From NCBI GenBank assembly GCA_029262875.1, contig JAJCYO010000035.1:10724-74723 (forward strand): a DNA stretch of 64,000 bases, given 5' to 3'. Below, one piece after another: positions 1 through 10,112 of the stretch. The DNA is from Flavobacteriales bacterium (GTDB lineage: Bacteria; Bacteroidota; Bacteroidia; Flavobacteriales_E; Vicingaceae). The notes under the pieces are model-generated. The model was given only the letters and a program-made list of their open reading frames with translations, did no database searches and was not told the DNA's origin. A program made the position numbers and the translations under genes. Position 1 is the stretch's first letter, and each line of letters begins with the position of its first letter.

Positions 1-11
1 CCTCATTGATT

Positions 12-773
12 ATGTTAGAGATAGCAGGTAAAAAATTTAACTCAAGACTATTTACTGGTACAGGTAAATTTAGTTCCAGTCAATTAATGGCCGAAGCATT
101 GTATGCCTCAGGTTCTGAATTGGTGACAGTCGCATTGAAAAGAGTTGATGTAGCAGATAATGAAGATGATATTTTAAAGCACTTGAATCATCCTCAATTT
201 AATTTATTACCAAATACTTCAGGAGTTAGAACGGCAAAAGAAGCAATTTTTGCGGCAGAATTAGCTCGAGAAGCGTTGGAAACGAATTGGTTGAAATTAG
301 AAATTCATCCTGATCCAAAATACTTAATGCCTGATCCGATTGAGACCTTAAAGGCCGCGGAGGAATTGGCGAAAAAAGGATTTATTGTTTTACCATACAT
401 TCATGCAGACCCAGTTTTATGTAAACGATTAGAGGAAGTTGGAACTGCTGCCGTAATGCCTTTAGGATCTACCATTGGAAGTAATAAAGGACTAAAAACA
501 ATAGATTTTTTGGAAATTATTATTGAACAAAGCAATGTTCCAGTTGTTGTCGATGCTGGAATAGGTGCTCCATCGGATGCATCAAAAGCAATGGAGTTGG
601 GTGCAGATGCTGTATTGGTTAATACTGCCATAGCAGTTTCAGATAACCCTATAGAAATGGCTAAAGCGTTTAAGTTAGGAGTTGAAGCGGGAAGAATGGC
701 CTTTGAAGCACGATTAGGATCTCAAACAAACCAGGCAATGGCAAGCAGCCCATTAACATCCTTTTTAGATTAG
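12..773 (+). CDS. thiG: Thiazole synthase ThiG
   Basis: Translation from the ATG at 12 ('[20 protein letters not shown]...') is collinear with the ThiG N-terminus. The TTG at 6 in the ORF track looks like an over-extension. thiH follows with a TAGTG stop/start overlap. Confidence 0.9.
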   Translation: MLEIAGKKFNSRLFTGTGKFSSSQLMAEALYASGSELVTVALKRVDVADNEDDILKHLNHPQFNLLPNTSGVRTAKEAIFAAELAREALETNWLKLEIHPDPKYLMPDPIETLKAAEELAKKGFIVLPYIHADPVLCKRLEEVGTAAVMPLGSTIGSNKGLKTIDFLEIIIEQSNVPVVVDAGIGAPSDASKAMELGADAVLVNTAIAVSDNPIEMAKAFKLGVEAGRMAFEARLGSQTNQAMASSPLTSFLD

Positions 774-1882
774 TGAGCTCTTTTAAAACCATATTTGACA
801 ATTACAATTGGGATAATGTAAAACAAAGTATTTACACTAAAACTGAGCATGATGTTATTAATGCGTTGAGTAAAGAAAAAAGAACATTAGAAGATTTTAA
901 AGCATTAATTTCTCCAGCTGCGGAACCTTATTTAGAACAAATGGCTCAAATGAGTCATCAATTGACTCAAAAACGTTTTGGCAAAACGATACAGATGTAT
1001 ATTCCGCTGTATTTGAGTAATGAATGTCAAAATATATGTACTTATTGCGGCTTTAGTTTTACCAATCAAATACCTCGAAAAACGTTATCCAATGAGGAAA
1101 TAATTAAAGAAGTTGAATTCGTTAAATCAAAAGGATACGATCATATTTTATTGGTTACAGGGGAAGCCAATAAAACAGTTGGAATTGATTATTTAGAAAA
1201 TGCCGTGAAATTAGTTAGACCATATTTTTCACATATCTCAGTTGAAGTACAACCCATGGAAAAAGATGAGTATCAACGATTAATTAAAGTTGGAGTGAAT
1301 ACAGTATTGGTTTACCAAGAAACTTATCATCAAGAAGATTATAAAAAACACCATCCTAAAGGAAAAAAATCTAATTTCTATTATCGATTAGATACTCATG
1401 ACCGATTAGGACAAGCAGGAATTTATAAAATGGGGCTGGGTGTTTTAATTGGGTTAGAAGATTGGCGCACTGATAGTTTTTTTACAGCCCTTCACTTAAA
1501 TTATTTAGAGAAAATTTATTGGCAAGCTAAATATTCTATTTCATTCCCGAGGTTAAGACCGCATTCTGGTGGTTTAGAGCCAAAAGTTGAAATGAATGAT
1601 AAGGAGTTGGTTCAGTTAATTTGTGCTTACCGTTTATTAGATGAAGAATTAGAATTGTCAATTTCCACTCGTGAGTCTGAAGAGTTTAGAAACAACATTG
1701 TAAAACTTGGAGCAACCACATTTAGTGCAGAAAGCAAAACCAACCCAGGAGGTTATGTGGTTGAACCACAGTCGTTAGAGCAGTTTGAAATTTCTGATGA
1801 CAGGCCAACCAAAGAAGTAGAACAAGTCATAAAACAACAAGGATATGAACCAGTTTGGAAGGACTGGGAAAAATGTTACTAA
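773..1882 (+). CDS. thiH: 2-iminoacetate synthase ThiH (radical SAM)
   Basis: 369 aa with the radical-SAM CxxxCxxC motif 'CQNICTYCGF'. The GTG start overlaps the thiG stop. Position and length are typical of ThiH. Confidence 0.9.
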   Translation: MSSFKTIFDNYNWDNVKQSIYTKTEHDVINALSKEKRTLEDFKALISPAAEPYLEQMAQMSHQLTQKRFGKTIQMYIPLYLSNECQNICTYCGFSFTNQIPRKTLSNEEIIKEVEFVKSKGYDHILLVTGEANKTVGIDYLENAVKLVRPYFSHISVEVQPMEKDEYQRLIKVGVNTVLVYQETYHQEDYKKHHPKGKKSNFYYRLDTHDRLGQAGIYKMGLGVLIGLEDWRTDSFFTALHLNYLEKIYWQAKYSISFPRLRPHSGGLEPKVEMNDKELVQLICAYRLLDEELELSISTRESEEFRNNIVKLGATTFSAESKTNPGGYVVEPQSLEQFEISDDRPTKEVEQVIKQQGYEPVWKDWEKCY

Positions 1883-2094
1883 ATACCACTTTCATGGTAT
1901 TGTTTAGAACGAATCTAAATAGTACATTTGTTTCAGATATGAAACACATTTCAACATACAATTTTCCTTCAGAGAGAAATTCCTTGATCATTGAAGTTAA
2001 GAAGAAGAAAAAGAAGAAAGATACTTGTTGCGAAAAATTCAAGAAAAAAGGAAAAGGATGCTGTAAGTCTTGTCCACTGAATTGGGGTTAATTC

Positions 2095-3384
2095 TTATTT
2101 AGGAAATAACATTAATTTTACATCTCCAGTTTCATCATTGTGTTCAATCAGAGCATTTTTGTAATCATCTACATCATCACGATAAAACATTTTGTCTCTG
2201 CTTTTATTTGCTTCCCAATAAACTTCCCTTGCAGAATCATCATCTTTTCCTGCTACTAGAGGTTTTCCATCTCCTGATAATTCCCAATAAATTCCAGAAG
2301 TTGAAAGTCTAACAGTTTGATTGTCTTTAATAAGAAAGTCCATACTTAGAATATCACCAGTACCAGCATTCAAGCCTTCTATATCAAAATTCCACAATAA
2401 TTCCCCATCAAAATCATATTTTTTGATAAATATGGTTCGCATATGGTTTTCCCTAACATTTGCTTTTAATTGTTCTAAACCAAAAAAATAAATATGGTCA
2501 TTTTTAGTGTCAATTCTAATTGCACATTTACTTCTAGGAAGCATTACTCCATTTGATGATGTTAAATCATCACCACCAGCATTAACACTATTTAATCGTT
2601 CTACGTTAGTTCTATCAAAACTAATTTTCACCTTTTTTAAGGTAGTATTGTAATAGTCTTTTTTAACAATGTTCGCATTAATAGTAAATCCGTTGTCCAT
2701 TTTTACAGTGTTAATTGATGCAAAATAAATTCCTTCCTCATTGTGATTTTCATACGACCAAAAGGATGTCTTTTTCACATCTGAGTTAATTTTAGGGAGC
2801 TTTAAGTTCATTTTTTTTGATTTGTAGCTATCAAACTTAACTTTATAAAGAATCAGTTTTTCTTCTGCTTTTTTCTTAGGATGGGCCTCATCACCATTCT
2901 TTGAAGAGATGTAGCAAACAGCACTATCAGTTACAAAAACATGTTTTAAATTTCCAGGAGATGCAGTTTTCCATTTTTCTTTGGATATTTGGTGTTCGGT
3001 AAATGTTCCGTCCAAACTTATTTGTCTTATTACACTTTTTCCTACCCCATAATCTTTAATAAAGATAATTTTATCACCTGATGGTACTCCAAAAATTTTA
3101 CTTGGGTGAATTGTGGCTTTAGATTTTATTGGGGTATGAAGTTTCAGATTTAAATCCAAATCATAATACCTTAAATCCCAAGGAAACGCTTTATTATAAG
3201 TATAACCACGTCCTGCTTTAGCGACAAGAACTATTAAACCCTTACCATAAACTGGAATGGTTCGATAAATTTCTTCTCTTCCTTTAATTTTTTCTTCAAT
3301 TTTAAATGAAATTTCTTTTTCTTGAGCATTTAGATTAAAAATTACAACCAATGATAGTAAAAATGTGATAAGCTTAATTTTCAT
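2095..3384 (-). CDS. Hypothetical secreted protein
   Basis: 429-aa ORF with a signal-peptide-like N-terminus 'MKIKLITFLLSLVVIFNLNAQ'. No family recognised by eye. Confidence 0.6.
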   Translation of the reverse strand: MKIKLITFLLSLVVIFNLNAQEKEISFKIEEKIKGREEIYRTIPVYGKGLIVLVAKAGRGYTYNKAFPWDLRYYDLDLNLKLHTPIKSKATIHPSKIFGVPSGDKIIFIKDYGVGKSVIRQISLDGTFTEHQISKEKWKTASPGNLKHVFVTDSAVCYISSKNGDEAHPKKKAEEKLILYKVKFDSYKSKKMNLKLPKINSDVKKTSFWSYENHNEEGIYFASINTVKMDNGFTINANIVKKDYYNTTLKKVKISFDRTNVERLNSVNAGGDDLTSSNGVMLPRSKCAIRIDTKNDHIYFFGLEQLKANVRENHMRTIFIKKYDFDGELLWNFDIEGLNAGTGDILSMDFLIKDNQTVRLSTSGIYWELSGDGKPLVAGKDDDSAREVYWEANKSRDKMFYRDDVDDYKNALIEHNDETGDVKLMLFPK

Positions 3385-3429
3385 AAGAACTTAGTTTAGT
3401 GTTTTTCAAATATATAAATAAAATAATAG

Positions 3430-5238
3430 CTATTTTAATGAGTGCAAAGAGGCACCATTCTCAAACAATTTATCCACTCGTTTTTCAATCTCGGCATCTT
3501 TAACTAATGCTGGCGCATGATGAGGTTTTGCCCTTGCATCAATTATTAATGGCCCCTCACAACCCCAATGCTTGTGTTTGGTAAAACTATTTACACCATA
3601 AATATCTTTGGCAGGATTACTTCGTGTAAAGGTGATCCATAAAAAGTTGTTTAAATTTTGCTCTATGAAACTCGCGTCATCCGCCAACACAATGAGCATG
3701 ATTCCTTCTAAATTCTGGCCAGTTAATTTTTGGGTGTATTCTCCAACTTCTTCTTTTGCAGCATTGTAATTGGTAAACGGGGTGAAATTGCAGGCCACAA
3801 TTCCAGGAATTACCATTTCAAAATTTTCTCCAGGTCCAGCCCCCAACAGGTTACGTTTTTTATCTCCTACTGCTGCAATAATCACTTTAGATCCTTCATT
3901 TATTCTTGAACCACTATAGTCTAAAGTGTCAATTGTAGTTTTCGTTTGAAAATGAATGTCTCTTGTCCAATCAACTCTTTCTAAAATATGAGTAAAAAAT
4001 CGTTGGATGTTATTGCAACTTAAATCAGGCGCATCTTCTTTATTAGAAATAAACAAGTATTTGGCTAAACTTAATTGTCCTTTACCTAAAATATGGTTGG
4101 CTATGGTCAACAATTCTTGTGGTTGCATTAATTCAGAATAAGGGGTATAACGTTCACTCCCTATTGCCAGTAATAATGGATGAACTCCAGCGGCATCAAC
4201 AGCATTTATTTCATGTAATCCAGGTATTTCTGTTTGTATAGCGGAACCAGCTATCTTGTGGATTAACGCTCCAAATTGAGTGTCTTCTTGTGGTGGCCTT
4301 CCAACAACAGTGAATGGCCAAATAGCATTTTGGCTATGGTAAACTTTGTGAACTTTTAAAACTGGAAACTCGTGGGTTAGACTGTAATAACCTAAATGGT
4401 CTCCAAAAGGTCCTTCGGGTTTTGTATCGTTAGGGTAAACTTCCCCAGTAATTACAAAATCAGCTTCTGTGGCAATACAGTAGCCATCAACATAAGTGTA
4501 TTTAAAGCGATTTTCTCCTAAAGCACCGGCAAATGTTAATTCAGACAATCCTTCGGGTAAAGGCATTACAGCTGCTAAAGTATGTGCTGGAGGGCCACCA
4601 ATAAAAATAGAAACTTTTAAGGGTTTGCCAAATTCATTTGCTTTGGTTTGATGCACTCCAATACCTCTATGGATTTGATAATGTAAGCCTACTTCTTTAT
4701 TGAGCTCATAATCGTTTCCATTCAATTGAATTCGGTACATTCCCAAATTAGAATTCATTACACCTTGGGTAGCCGGATCTTCAGAATAAACTTGAGGTAA
4801 GGTAATGAAGGCACCACCATCATCTGGCCAACATTTAATTAAAGGAAGCTTATCTATAGTAGTCTCTTTAAAATGAGAAGGGAGACTCGAAACTTTTTTT
4901 GGCAACGATTTTTTAGCCATCATGGCCAAAGAGAAATTCTTGAAAGGAGCTTTTAGAATTTTTAAGGGATCATTTTTTAACTCAATCAATTGTTGAACTT
5001 TATTTAATGAATTTCTAAAAATAAACTCACTTCTTTCAGCTGTTCCAAATAAATTAGAAACAGCTTTAAATTCACAACCTTTTATGTTTTCAAATAAAAT
5101 AGCTGGGCCACCTTTTTCGTAAACGCGTAATTGTATGGCAGCTATTTCGAGATTGGGATCAATCTCTTCTTTAATTCTGATTAAATGACCATTTCTTTCA
5201 AGGTCGTTAATGCAGTCTATGGTGCTTTTGTATATCAC
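3430..5238 (-). CDS. UbiD-family (prenyl-FMN dependent) decarboxylase, menaquinone/ubiquinone-type
   Basis: 602 aa with a GTG start. It has the UbiD-like signature 'EGPFGDHLGYYS' and the conserved 'GGPPAHTLAAVMPLPEG' block. Confidence 0.8.
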   Translation of the reverse strand: MIYKSTIDCINDLERNGHLIRIKEEIDPNLEIAAIQLRVYEKGGPAILFENIKGCEFKAVSNLFGTAERSEFIFRNSLNKVQQLIELKNDPLKILKAPFKNFSLAMMAKKSLPKKVSSLPSHFKETTIDKLPLIKCWPDDGGAFITLPQVYSEDPATQGVMNSNLGMYRIQLNGNDYELNKEVGLHYQIHRGIGVHQTKANEFGKPLKVSIFIGGPPAHTLAAVMPLPEGLSELTFAGALGENRFKYTYVDGYCIATEADFVITGEVYPNDTKPEGPFGDHLGYYSLTHEFPVLKVHKVYHSQNAIWPFTVVGRPPQEDTQFGALIHKIAGSAIQTEIPGLHEINAVDAAGVHPLLLAIGSERYTPYSELMQPQELLTIANHILGKGQLSLAKYLFISNKEDAPDLSCNNIQRFFTHILERVDWTRDIHFQTKTTIDTLDYSGSRINEGSKVIIAAVGDKKRNLLGAGPGENFEMVIPGIVACNFTPFTNYNAAKEEVGEYTQKLTGQNLEGIMLIVLADDASFIEQNLNNFLWITFTRSNPAKDIYGVNSFTKHKHWGCEGPLIIDARAKPHHAPALVKDAEIEKRVDKLFENGASLHSLK

Positions 5239-5341
5239 GGTTTAAATTTACATCATTAAAAATAATAATGAGTATATTGAAGGTAATTATAAAAAGTAAA
5301 ACTAATTAATAATCAAAAAGAGCAATTTAATATTTTTAATT

Positions 5342-5641
5342 TTGGGAATTCTACTTTCATTTATTCCAATATATTCCACTACTGGTCTAATATATACCTC
5401 TTATGCGTACCCGGAATTGGGTGGTGAAGAATGGCTTGACTTATACCATTCTAAGGTTATGTTTGGAATTTTTGAAGGAAGATACACTAATGGTTTGGCT
5501 TCCTTTATACCTGGTGTTGCTTCAATACTATTATTATATAGGCTTAAATTTCAGAAAATTAATAAATTGAAATCACTGAATATTTTCTTTTTAGTACTTA
5601 GTTCAATATTTACTATGCTTGGAATATTTAGGTTTATGTGA
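5342..5641 (+). CDS. Possible small membrane protein
   Basis: 99-aa ORF with a TTG start and hydrophobic segments. No homology recognised, so it may not be a real gene. Confidence 0.3.
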   Translation: MGILLSFIPIYSTTGLIYTSYAYPELGGEEWLDLYHSKVMFGIFEGRYTNGLASFIPGVASILLLYRLKFQKINKLKSLNIFFLVLSSIFTMLGIFRFM

Positions 5642-5659
5642 TTTATATTTTATAACTCT

Positions 5660-6793
5660 TTAGTTAAAATAATCTTTCATTCTGTCAAAGAAACCTTTGT
5701 CTTTACTTGTTGGATTCGGCTTAAAATTCTCAGAACCTTTTAATTTCTCTAACATCTCTTTTTCTTCTTTAGTTAATTTCTGAGGAGTCCAAACATTCAC
5801 ATAAATTAAAAAGTCCCCTTTACCGTATCCTTGAATATTTGGTATACCTTTTCCTTTTAAGCGTAATACTTTTCCACTTTGAGTACCTGGTTCTATTTTG
5901 ATTTTCACTTTTCCATCTATCGTTTTAATTTCCATGGAAGTTCCCACAGCAGCATCAACAAAGTTGAGGTATAAATCATACAATAAATTGGTGCCATCTC
6001 TTTTAATGGTATCATGTTTATCTTCTTCAATAAGAACAATTAAATCACCTGCGACTCCATCTTTAGGTCCTGCATTTCCTTTTCCTGTAACAGAAAGCTG
6101 CATTCCATCTTCTACTCCAGCTGGAATGTCAATGGTAATAACTTCTTCTTTTTTAATTAAACCATCTGCATTGGCCCCATCTGGTTTTTTATCAATCATT
6201 TTCCCATCTCCACCACAAGTATTACATGGAGATGATGTTTGCATTTGCCCTAATATTGTATTTGCAATTCGAGTAACCTGACCTGTTCCATTACACTGGG
6301 AGCACGTTTTAGTAGTTACACCTTCCGCGTTAACTAATTTGGTTACTTTAATTTTTTTCTCAACACCCTTAGCGATATCTTCTAAAGACATTTTTACTCT
6401 AACACGTAAATTACTTCCTCTTCTAACTCTTCTTCCTCGGCCTCCACCACCGAAACCTCCGAAGCCTCCGCCTCCACCAAAACCTCCGCCTCCGAAAATG
6501 TCGCCAAATTGAGAGAAAATATCATCCATATTCATTCCGCCACCACCGAATCCACCTCCAGCTGCTCCACCAACACCTTGATGGCCAAATTGGTCATATC
6601 GTTGTTTCTTTTCTGCGTTGCTAAGGACTTCATAAGCTTCTGCGGCTTCTTTAAACTTATCTTCCGCAGATTTATCATCTGGATTTTTATCGGGATGGTA
6701 CTTAATGGCCATCTTACGATAAGCTTTTTTTATTTCAGACTCGGAAGCATCCTTGCTCACTCCCAATACTTCGTAATAATCTCTTTTACTCAT
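5660..6793 (-). CDS. dnaJ: Molecular chaperone DnaJ
   Basis: J domain with 'YHPDKNP', a long Gly/Phe linker, CxxCxGxG motifs ('CSQCNGTG', 'CNTCGGDG') and a C-terminal substrate-binding domain. Located directly after grpE. Confidence 0.95.
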   Translation of the reverse strand: MSKRDYYEVLGVSKDASESEIKKAYRKMAIKYHPDKNPDDKSAEDKFKEAAEAYEVLSNAEKKQRYDQFGHQGVGGAAGGGFGGGGMNMDDIFSQFGDIFGGGGFGGGGGFGGFGGGGRGRRVRRGSNLRVRVKMSLEDIAKGVEKKIKVTKLVNAEGVTTKTCSQCNGTGQVTRIANTILGQMQTSSPCNTCGGDGKMIDKKPDGANADGLIKKEEVITIDIPAGVEDGMQLSVTGKGNAGPKDGVAGDLIVLIEEDKHDTIKRDGTNLLYDLYLNFVDAAVGTSMEIKTIDGKVKIKIEPGTQSGKVLRLKGKGIPNIQGYGKGDFLIYVNVWTPQKLTKEEKEMLEKLKGSENFKPNPTSKDKGFFDRMKDYFN

Positions 6794-6794
6794 C

Positions 6795-7337
6795 TTATTG
6801 ACCTATAACTACTTTTGTAAATCGTATTACTTTTCCATTTAGTTGGTATCCTTTTTCAATCACGTCCATTACTTTCCCTTTTTCCTTTTTTGAAGGAGCA
6901 GGGATTTGGGTAATTGCTTCATGGAATTCCAAGTCAAAATCTTTTCCCACTGCAGACTCCACTTCTTCTAATCCTTTTTGTTTAAGAATGGTCAGCATCT
7001 TATCATGAATGAGTTTAACGCCATCTTTTACTCCTTGAACATCGTCTGATTCTTCCATTGCTTTTTGAGCCCTTTCAAAATCATCTATTATTGGGAGAAT
7101 AGCAGAAATAACATCTTCCCCAGCGGTTTTGTAAAGTTCTATTTTCTCTTTTTGAGTTCTCTTTCTAAAGTTGTCAAATTCAGAATATAACCTTAAGTAT
7201 TTATCAGTTGCTTCCTTAACCTTTGCTTCCAATTCTTCTTCCGCAGACAACTCAATTGTTTCCTCTTGGTTATCTTCCATTTGTGGTTCCTCTTGGTTTT
7301 CAATTTCTTCTTCTTGTACTTTATCTTTCTTGCTCAT
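6795..7337 (-). CDS. grpE: Nucleotide exchange factor GrpE
   Basis: 180 aa with an acidic N-terminus and a coiled-coil/beta-domain pattern. Its stop lies 1 nt from the dnaJ start (grpE-dnaJ operon). Confidence 0.9.
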   Translation of the reverse strand: MSKKDKVQEEEIENQEEPQMEDNQEETIELSAEEELEAKVKEATDKYLRLYSEFDNFRKRTQKEKIELYKTAGEDVISAILPIIDDFERAQKAMEESDDVQGVKDGVKLIHDKMLTILKQKGLEEVESAVGKDFDLEFHEAITQIPAPSKKEKGKVMDVIEKGYQLNGKVIRFTKVVIGQ

Positions 7338-7441
7338 TTTATATGATTTTAATTCTCGGAAAACGAGTGGGCAAAAATACTACCATTGTCCTAATTAGAG
7401 CCATAATGACAGTTATTTTCTCAATCAGAAACATTTAGACG

Positions 7442-7472
7442 TAAAAAAGGCAGAAGAATCGGTTCTTCTGCC
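7442..7472 (-). terminator. Rho-independent terminator after the TlpA-like gene
   Basis: Perfect 10-bp stem ggcagaagaa (7449-7458) / ttcttctgcc (7463-7472) with loop tcgg. The A-run at 7443-7448 reads as a U-run on the minus strand. Confidence 0.65.
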
Positions 7473-7495
7473 TTAATAATAGGGTTGTTCTACCC

Positions 7496-8035
7496 TTATT
7501 TTTTAACGTGTTTCTCTAAAGCTGCATCTAAAGCCGCTCCTCTTAAATTTTTAGCCAGAATAGTTCCCTTTCCATCAATTAAGTAATTCATAGGGATAGA
7601 ATTTACACCGTACAATTTTGATCCTTCAGAGGCCCAACCTTTCAAATCACTAACGTGATAAGTCCAAGTTAGATTATCTTTTTTAATAGCTGCTTTCCAT
7701 CTATTTACATCTTTATCCAAAGAATAACTGAAAACAGTAAATCCTTTACCATTTACAAATTTCTTATCCTTATACTTTTTGTAAGCATTCACAACTGCGG
7801 GGTTTTCTCTTCTACATGGACCACACCAAGAAGCCCAAAAATCAATTAATACTACCTGTCCTTTTAATGAGGATAGCTTAATCTCTTTTCCGTCAGGGCT
7901 TTTAAATGCTAATTCAGGAGCTTTGGAACCAACAGCAAAACCAGAAGGTTTGAGCATAAAACCTGCTGCCACTATAATAATTGCACCAAGAATAATGGTC
8001 GCTTTAAACTTTTTAATCATATCTAAAATTTTCAT
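7496..8035 (-). CDS. TlpA/ResA-family thiol:disulfide oxidoreductase
   Basis: 179 aa with an N-terminal membrane anchor and a thioredoxin-fold CxxC motif 'WASWCGPCRRE'. Confidence 0.85.
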   Translation of the reverse strand: MKILDMIKKFKATIILGAIIIVAAGFMLKPSGFAVGSKAPELAFKSPDGKEIKLSSLKGQVVLIDFWASWCGPCRRENPAVVNAYKKYKDKKFVNGKGFTVFSYSLDKDVNRWKAAIKKDNLTWTYHVSDLKGWASEGSKLYGVNSIPMNYLIDGKGTILAKNLRGAALDAALEKHVKK

Positions 8036-8109
8036 AATAAGAAGTAAAGGTAGGTTTTTTTTAGCGTTGAAGTCTGTATCCAGAGCGACATTAACGATTT
8101 ATTAACGTT

Positions 8110-9414
8110 TTATAGACGGGTAATATCAGCCCCTATTGCATTCAATCTATCATCAATAAATTGATAGCCCCTGTCTATTTGTTCAATGTTATGAATGGTA
8201 CTTTCCCCATCCGCAGAAAGCGCAGCAATTAACAACGATACACCAGCTCTAATATCTGGAGAAGACATTGAAGTTCCTCTTAAATTATATTCTTTATTAA
8301 TACCAATAACGGTCGCTCTGTGAGGGTCACATAAAATGATTTGAGCCCCCATATCTTTCAACCTATCAATGAAGAATAAACGACTGTCAAACATCTTTTG
8401 ATGGATTAATACCGTACCCTTTGCTTGAATAGCTGTTACCAAAACGATACTTAATAGGTCGGGGGTGAAACCAGGCCATACAGCATCATAAATTGTTGGT
8501 ATGGAACCATCAATCATTCTCTTTATTTCATAATTGCTTTGAGAAGGAATATAGATGTCATCTCCTTTTATTTGAACGTCAATGCCTAACCTTCTAAACG
8601 TATCAGGAATTCTTCCTAACATATCTACTCTACAATCTTTAATCGTAATTTCTGATTGTGTCATGGCAGCTAATCCAATAAAGGAACCTATTTCAATGAA
8701 ATCTGGTAGTAATCTATGCTCACAACCTCCCAACTCATCAACGCCTTCAATAACCAATAGGTTTGAACCTACACCAGAAATTTTTGCTCCCATACTGTTA
8801 AGCATGGAACATAACTGTTGTAAATATGGTTCACAAGCAGCGTTGTAAATGGTCGTTTTCCCTTTTGCCAGTACTGCTGTCATCAAAATATTTGCTGTAC
8901 CGGTTACCGAAGGTTCGTCCAATAAAATGTACTGCCCCTCCAAGTTATCAGCTTTTAGAGAATAAAAACCAGTATCAGCATCATAAGTATATGTTGCTCC
9001 TAATTTAGTGAACCCTAAAAAGTGAGTGTCTAATGGACGAGCGCCAATTTTATCTCCTCCAGGTTTTGGCATGTAAGCTTTCTTAAATCTTGCCAACAGA
9101 GGACCCATTATCATAATAGAGCCTCTTAGCGAAGCAGCTCTTTTTTTGAAATCTTCTGTATGGAGGTAATCAATGTTTACATTGTCGGCCTGAAAATGAA
9201 CGGTACCATTTCCAGCTCTGTCTACTTTAACACCTAATTCTTCTAATAAATCGATTAAAAAATTAACGTCTCTAATAAAAGGAAGATTGGTAAGCGTAAC
9301 TTTTTCAGAGGTTAATAATATTGCGCTAACAACTTGTAACGCTTCATTTTTTGCTCCTTGAGGGATAAGCTCCCCTTTTAATTTGTTTCCACCTTTTATT
9401 TTAAAAGTAGCCAT
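8110..9414 (-). CDS. murA: UDP-N-acetylglucosamine 1-carboxyvinyltransferase MurA
   Basis: 434 aa starting 'MATFKIKGGNKLKGEL', with active-site loop 'KPGGDKIGARPLD'. Full-length collinearity with MurA. Confidence 0.95.
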   Translation of the reverse strand: MATFKIKGGNKLKGELIPQGAKNEALQVVSAILLTSEKVTLTNLPFIRDVNFLIDLLEELGVKVDRAGNGTVHFQADNVNIDYLHTEDFKKRAASLRGSIMIMGPLLARFKKAYMPKPGGDKIGARPLDTHFLGFTKLGATYTYDADTGFYSLKADNLEGQYILLDEPSVTGTANILMTAVLAKGKTTIYNAACEPYLQQLCSMLNSMGAKISGVGSNLLVIEGVDELGGCEHRLLPDFIEIGSFIGLAAMTQSEITIKDCRVDMLGRIPDTFRRLGIDVQIKGDDIYIPSQSNYEIKRMIDGSIPTIYDAVWPGFTPDLLSIVLVTAIQAKGTVLIHQKMFDSRLFFIDRLKDMGAQIILCDPHRATVIGINKEYNLRGTSMSSPDIRAGVSLLIAALSADGESTIHNIEQIDRGYQFIDDRLNAIGADITRL

Positions 9415-10073
9415 TAATATCTACGTTTTTTGTAGTGTTGTTTCTTGTTGTTTTGCTTATGATTCCTATTGTTATTAGAGTTGGTTCTTTTCTTTTTAGT
9501 CATGGCAAGAACTTCATTGGTAGAAATCATTTGGAAACCTTCTGGAGCTGTTAATTTGTCTTTAGACATTAACTTTAAGTCGGCAAAAAGTTGATTATCA
9601 TCTACAGAATCTTGATTAAAGGTAAGGTAGGTCTTCTTCATTAAATTGAGAATAACACCTGTTAATGCGCTTTGTTCAGCCTTATCTTCTATTGCAGTAG
9701 CCGCATCAATCAAATCTTTAACAGATTTCCCATAATGCTTAAACCTATTTTCTGTTTTTGGATAAACCATTCTTTCTGGTTTCTCGAAAAGCACCTCTTT
9801 GTTAGGTAATGGGTAGGGTGAGTCTACATCTAATTTAAAATCTGATATAATGAATAAATGATCCCACAATTTATGTTTGAAATCTGCAATATCTCTCAAG
9901 TGAGGGTTTAATTGTCCCATTACACTAATAATAGCATTAGCCATTTTATTTCGCTCATCTTTATCTTCTAAAGCAATGGCATGCTCTACCATTTTTTGAA
10001 TGTTTCTTCCATACTCAGGAATTACCATCTGAGTTCTATTGGTATTGTAGTCTTTATCTTCTGTAGCTTCCAT
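9414..10073 (-). CDS. DUF4290-like protein
   Basis: 219 aa. Its stop overlaps the murA start (TAATG), the arrangement usual for DUF4290 in Bacteroidota. It has a basic Asn/Lys-rich C-terminal tail. Confidence 0.6.
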   Translation of the reverse strand: MEATEDKDYNTNRTQMVIPEYGRNIQKMVEHAIALEDKDERNKMANAIISVMGQLNPHLRDIADFKHKLWDHLFIISDFKLDVDSPYPLPNKEVLFEKPERMVYPKTENRFKHYGKSVKDLIDAATAIEDKAEQSALTGVILNLMKKTYLTFNQDSVDDNQLFADLKLMSKDKLTAPEGFQMISTNEVLAMTKKKRTNSNNNRNHKQNNKKQHYKKRRY

Positions 10074-10112
10074 TTAATCTGTTCAATTTTAACAAGTTCA
10101 AAAGTAAATATA

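Noticed and set aside
1855-1938. Full-length 78-aa ORF 1855-2091 overlapping the thiH 3' end, and the antisense ORF 1827-2042
   Set aside because: The 5' part overlaps thiH out of frame with no supporting signal. Only the non-overlapping 3' portion (from ATG 1939) is kept, as a speculative finding. The antisense ORF is dominated by a poly-Phe run from the A-rich tract.
5898-6808. Antisense ORFs (127 aa and 99 aa) inside dnaJ, and similar short antisense ORFs inside murA, the uvrD-like gene, ribosomal genes, clpX, ftsI and murE
   Set aside because: Each is fully embedded opposite a well-supported conserved gene, has no recognisable motifs, and is the length expected by chance in AT-rich DNA.
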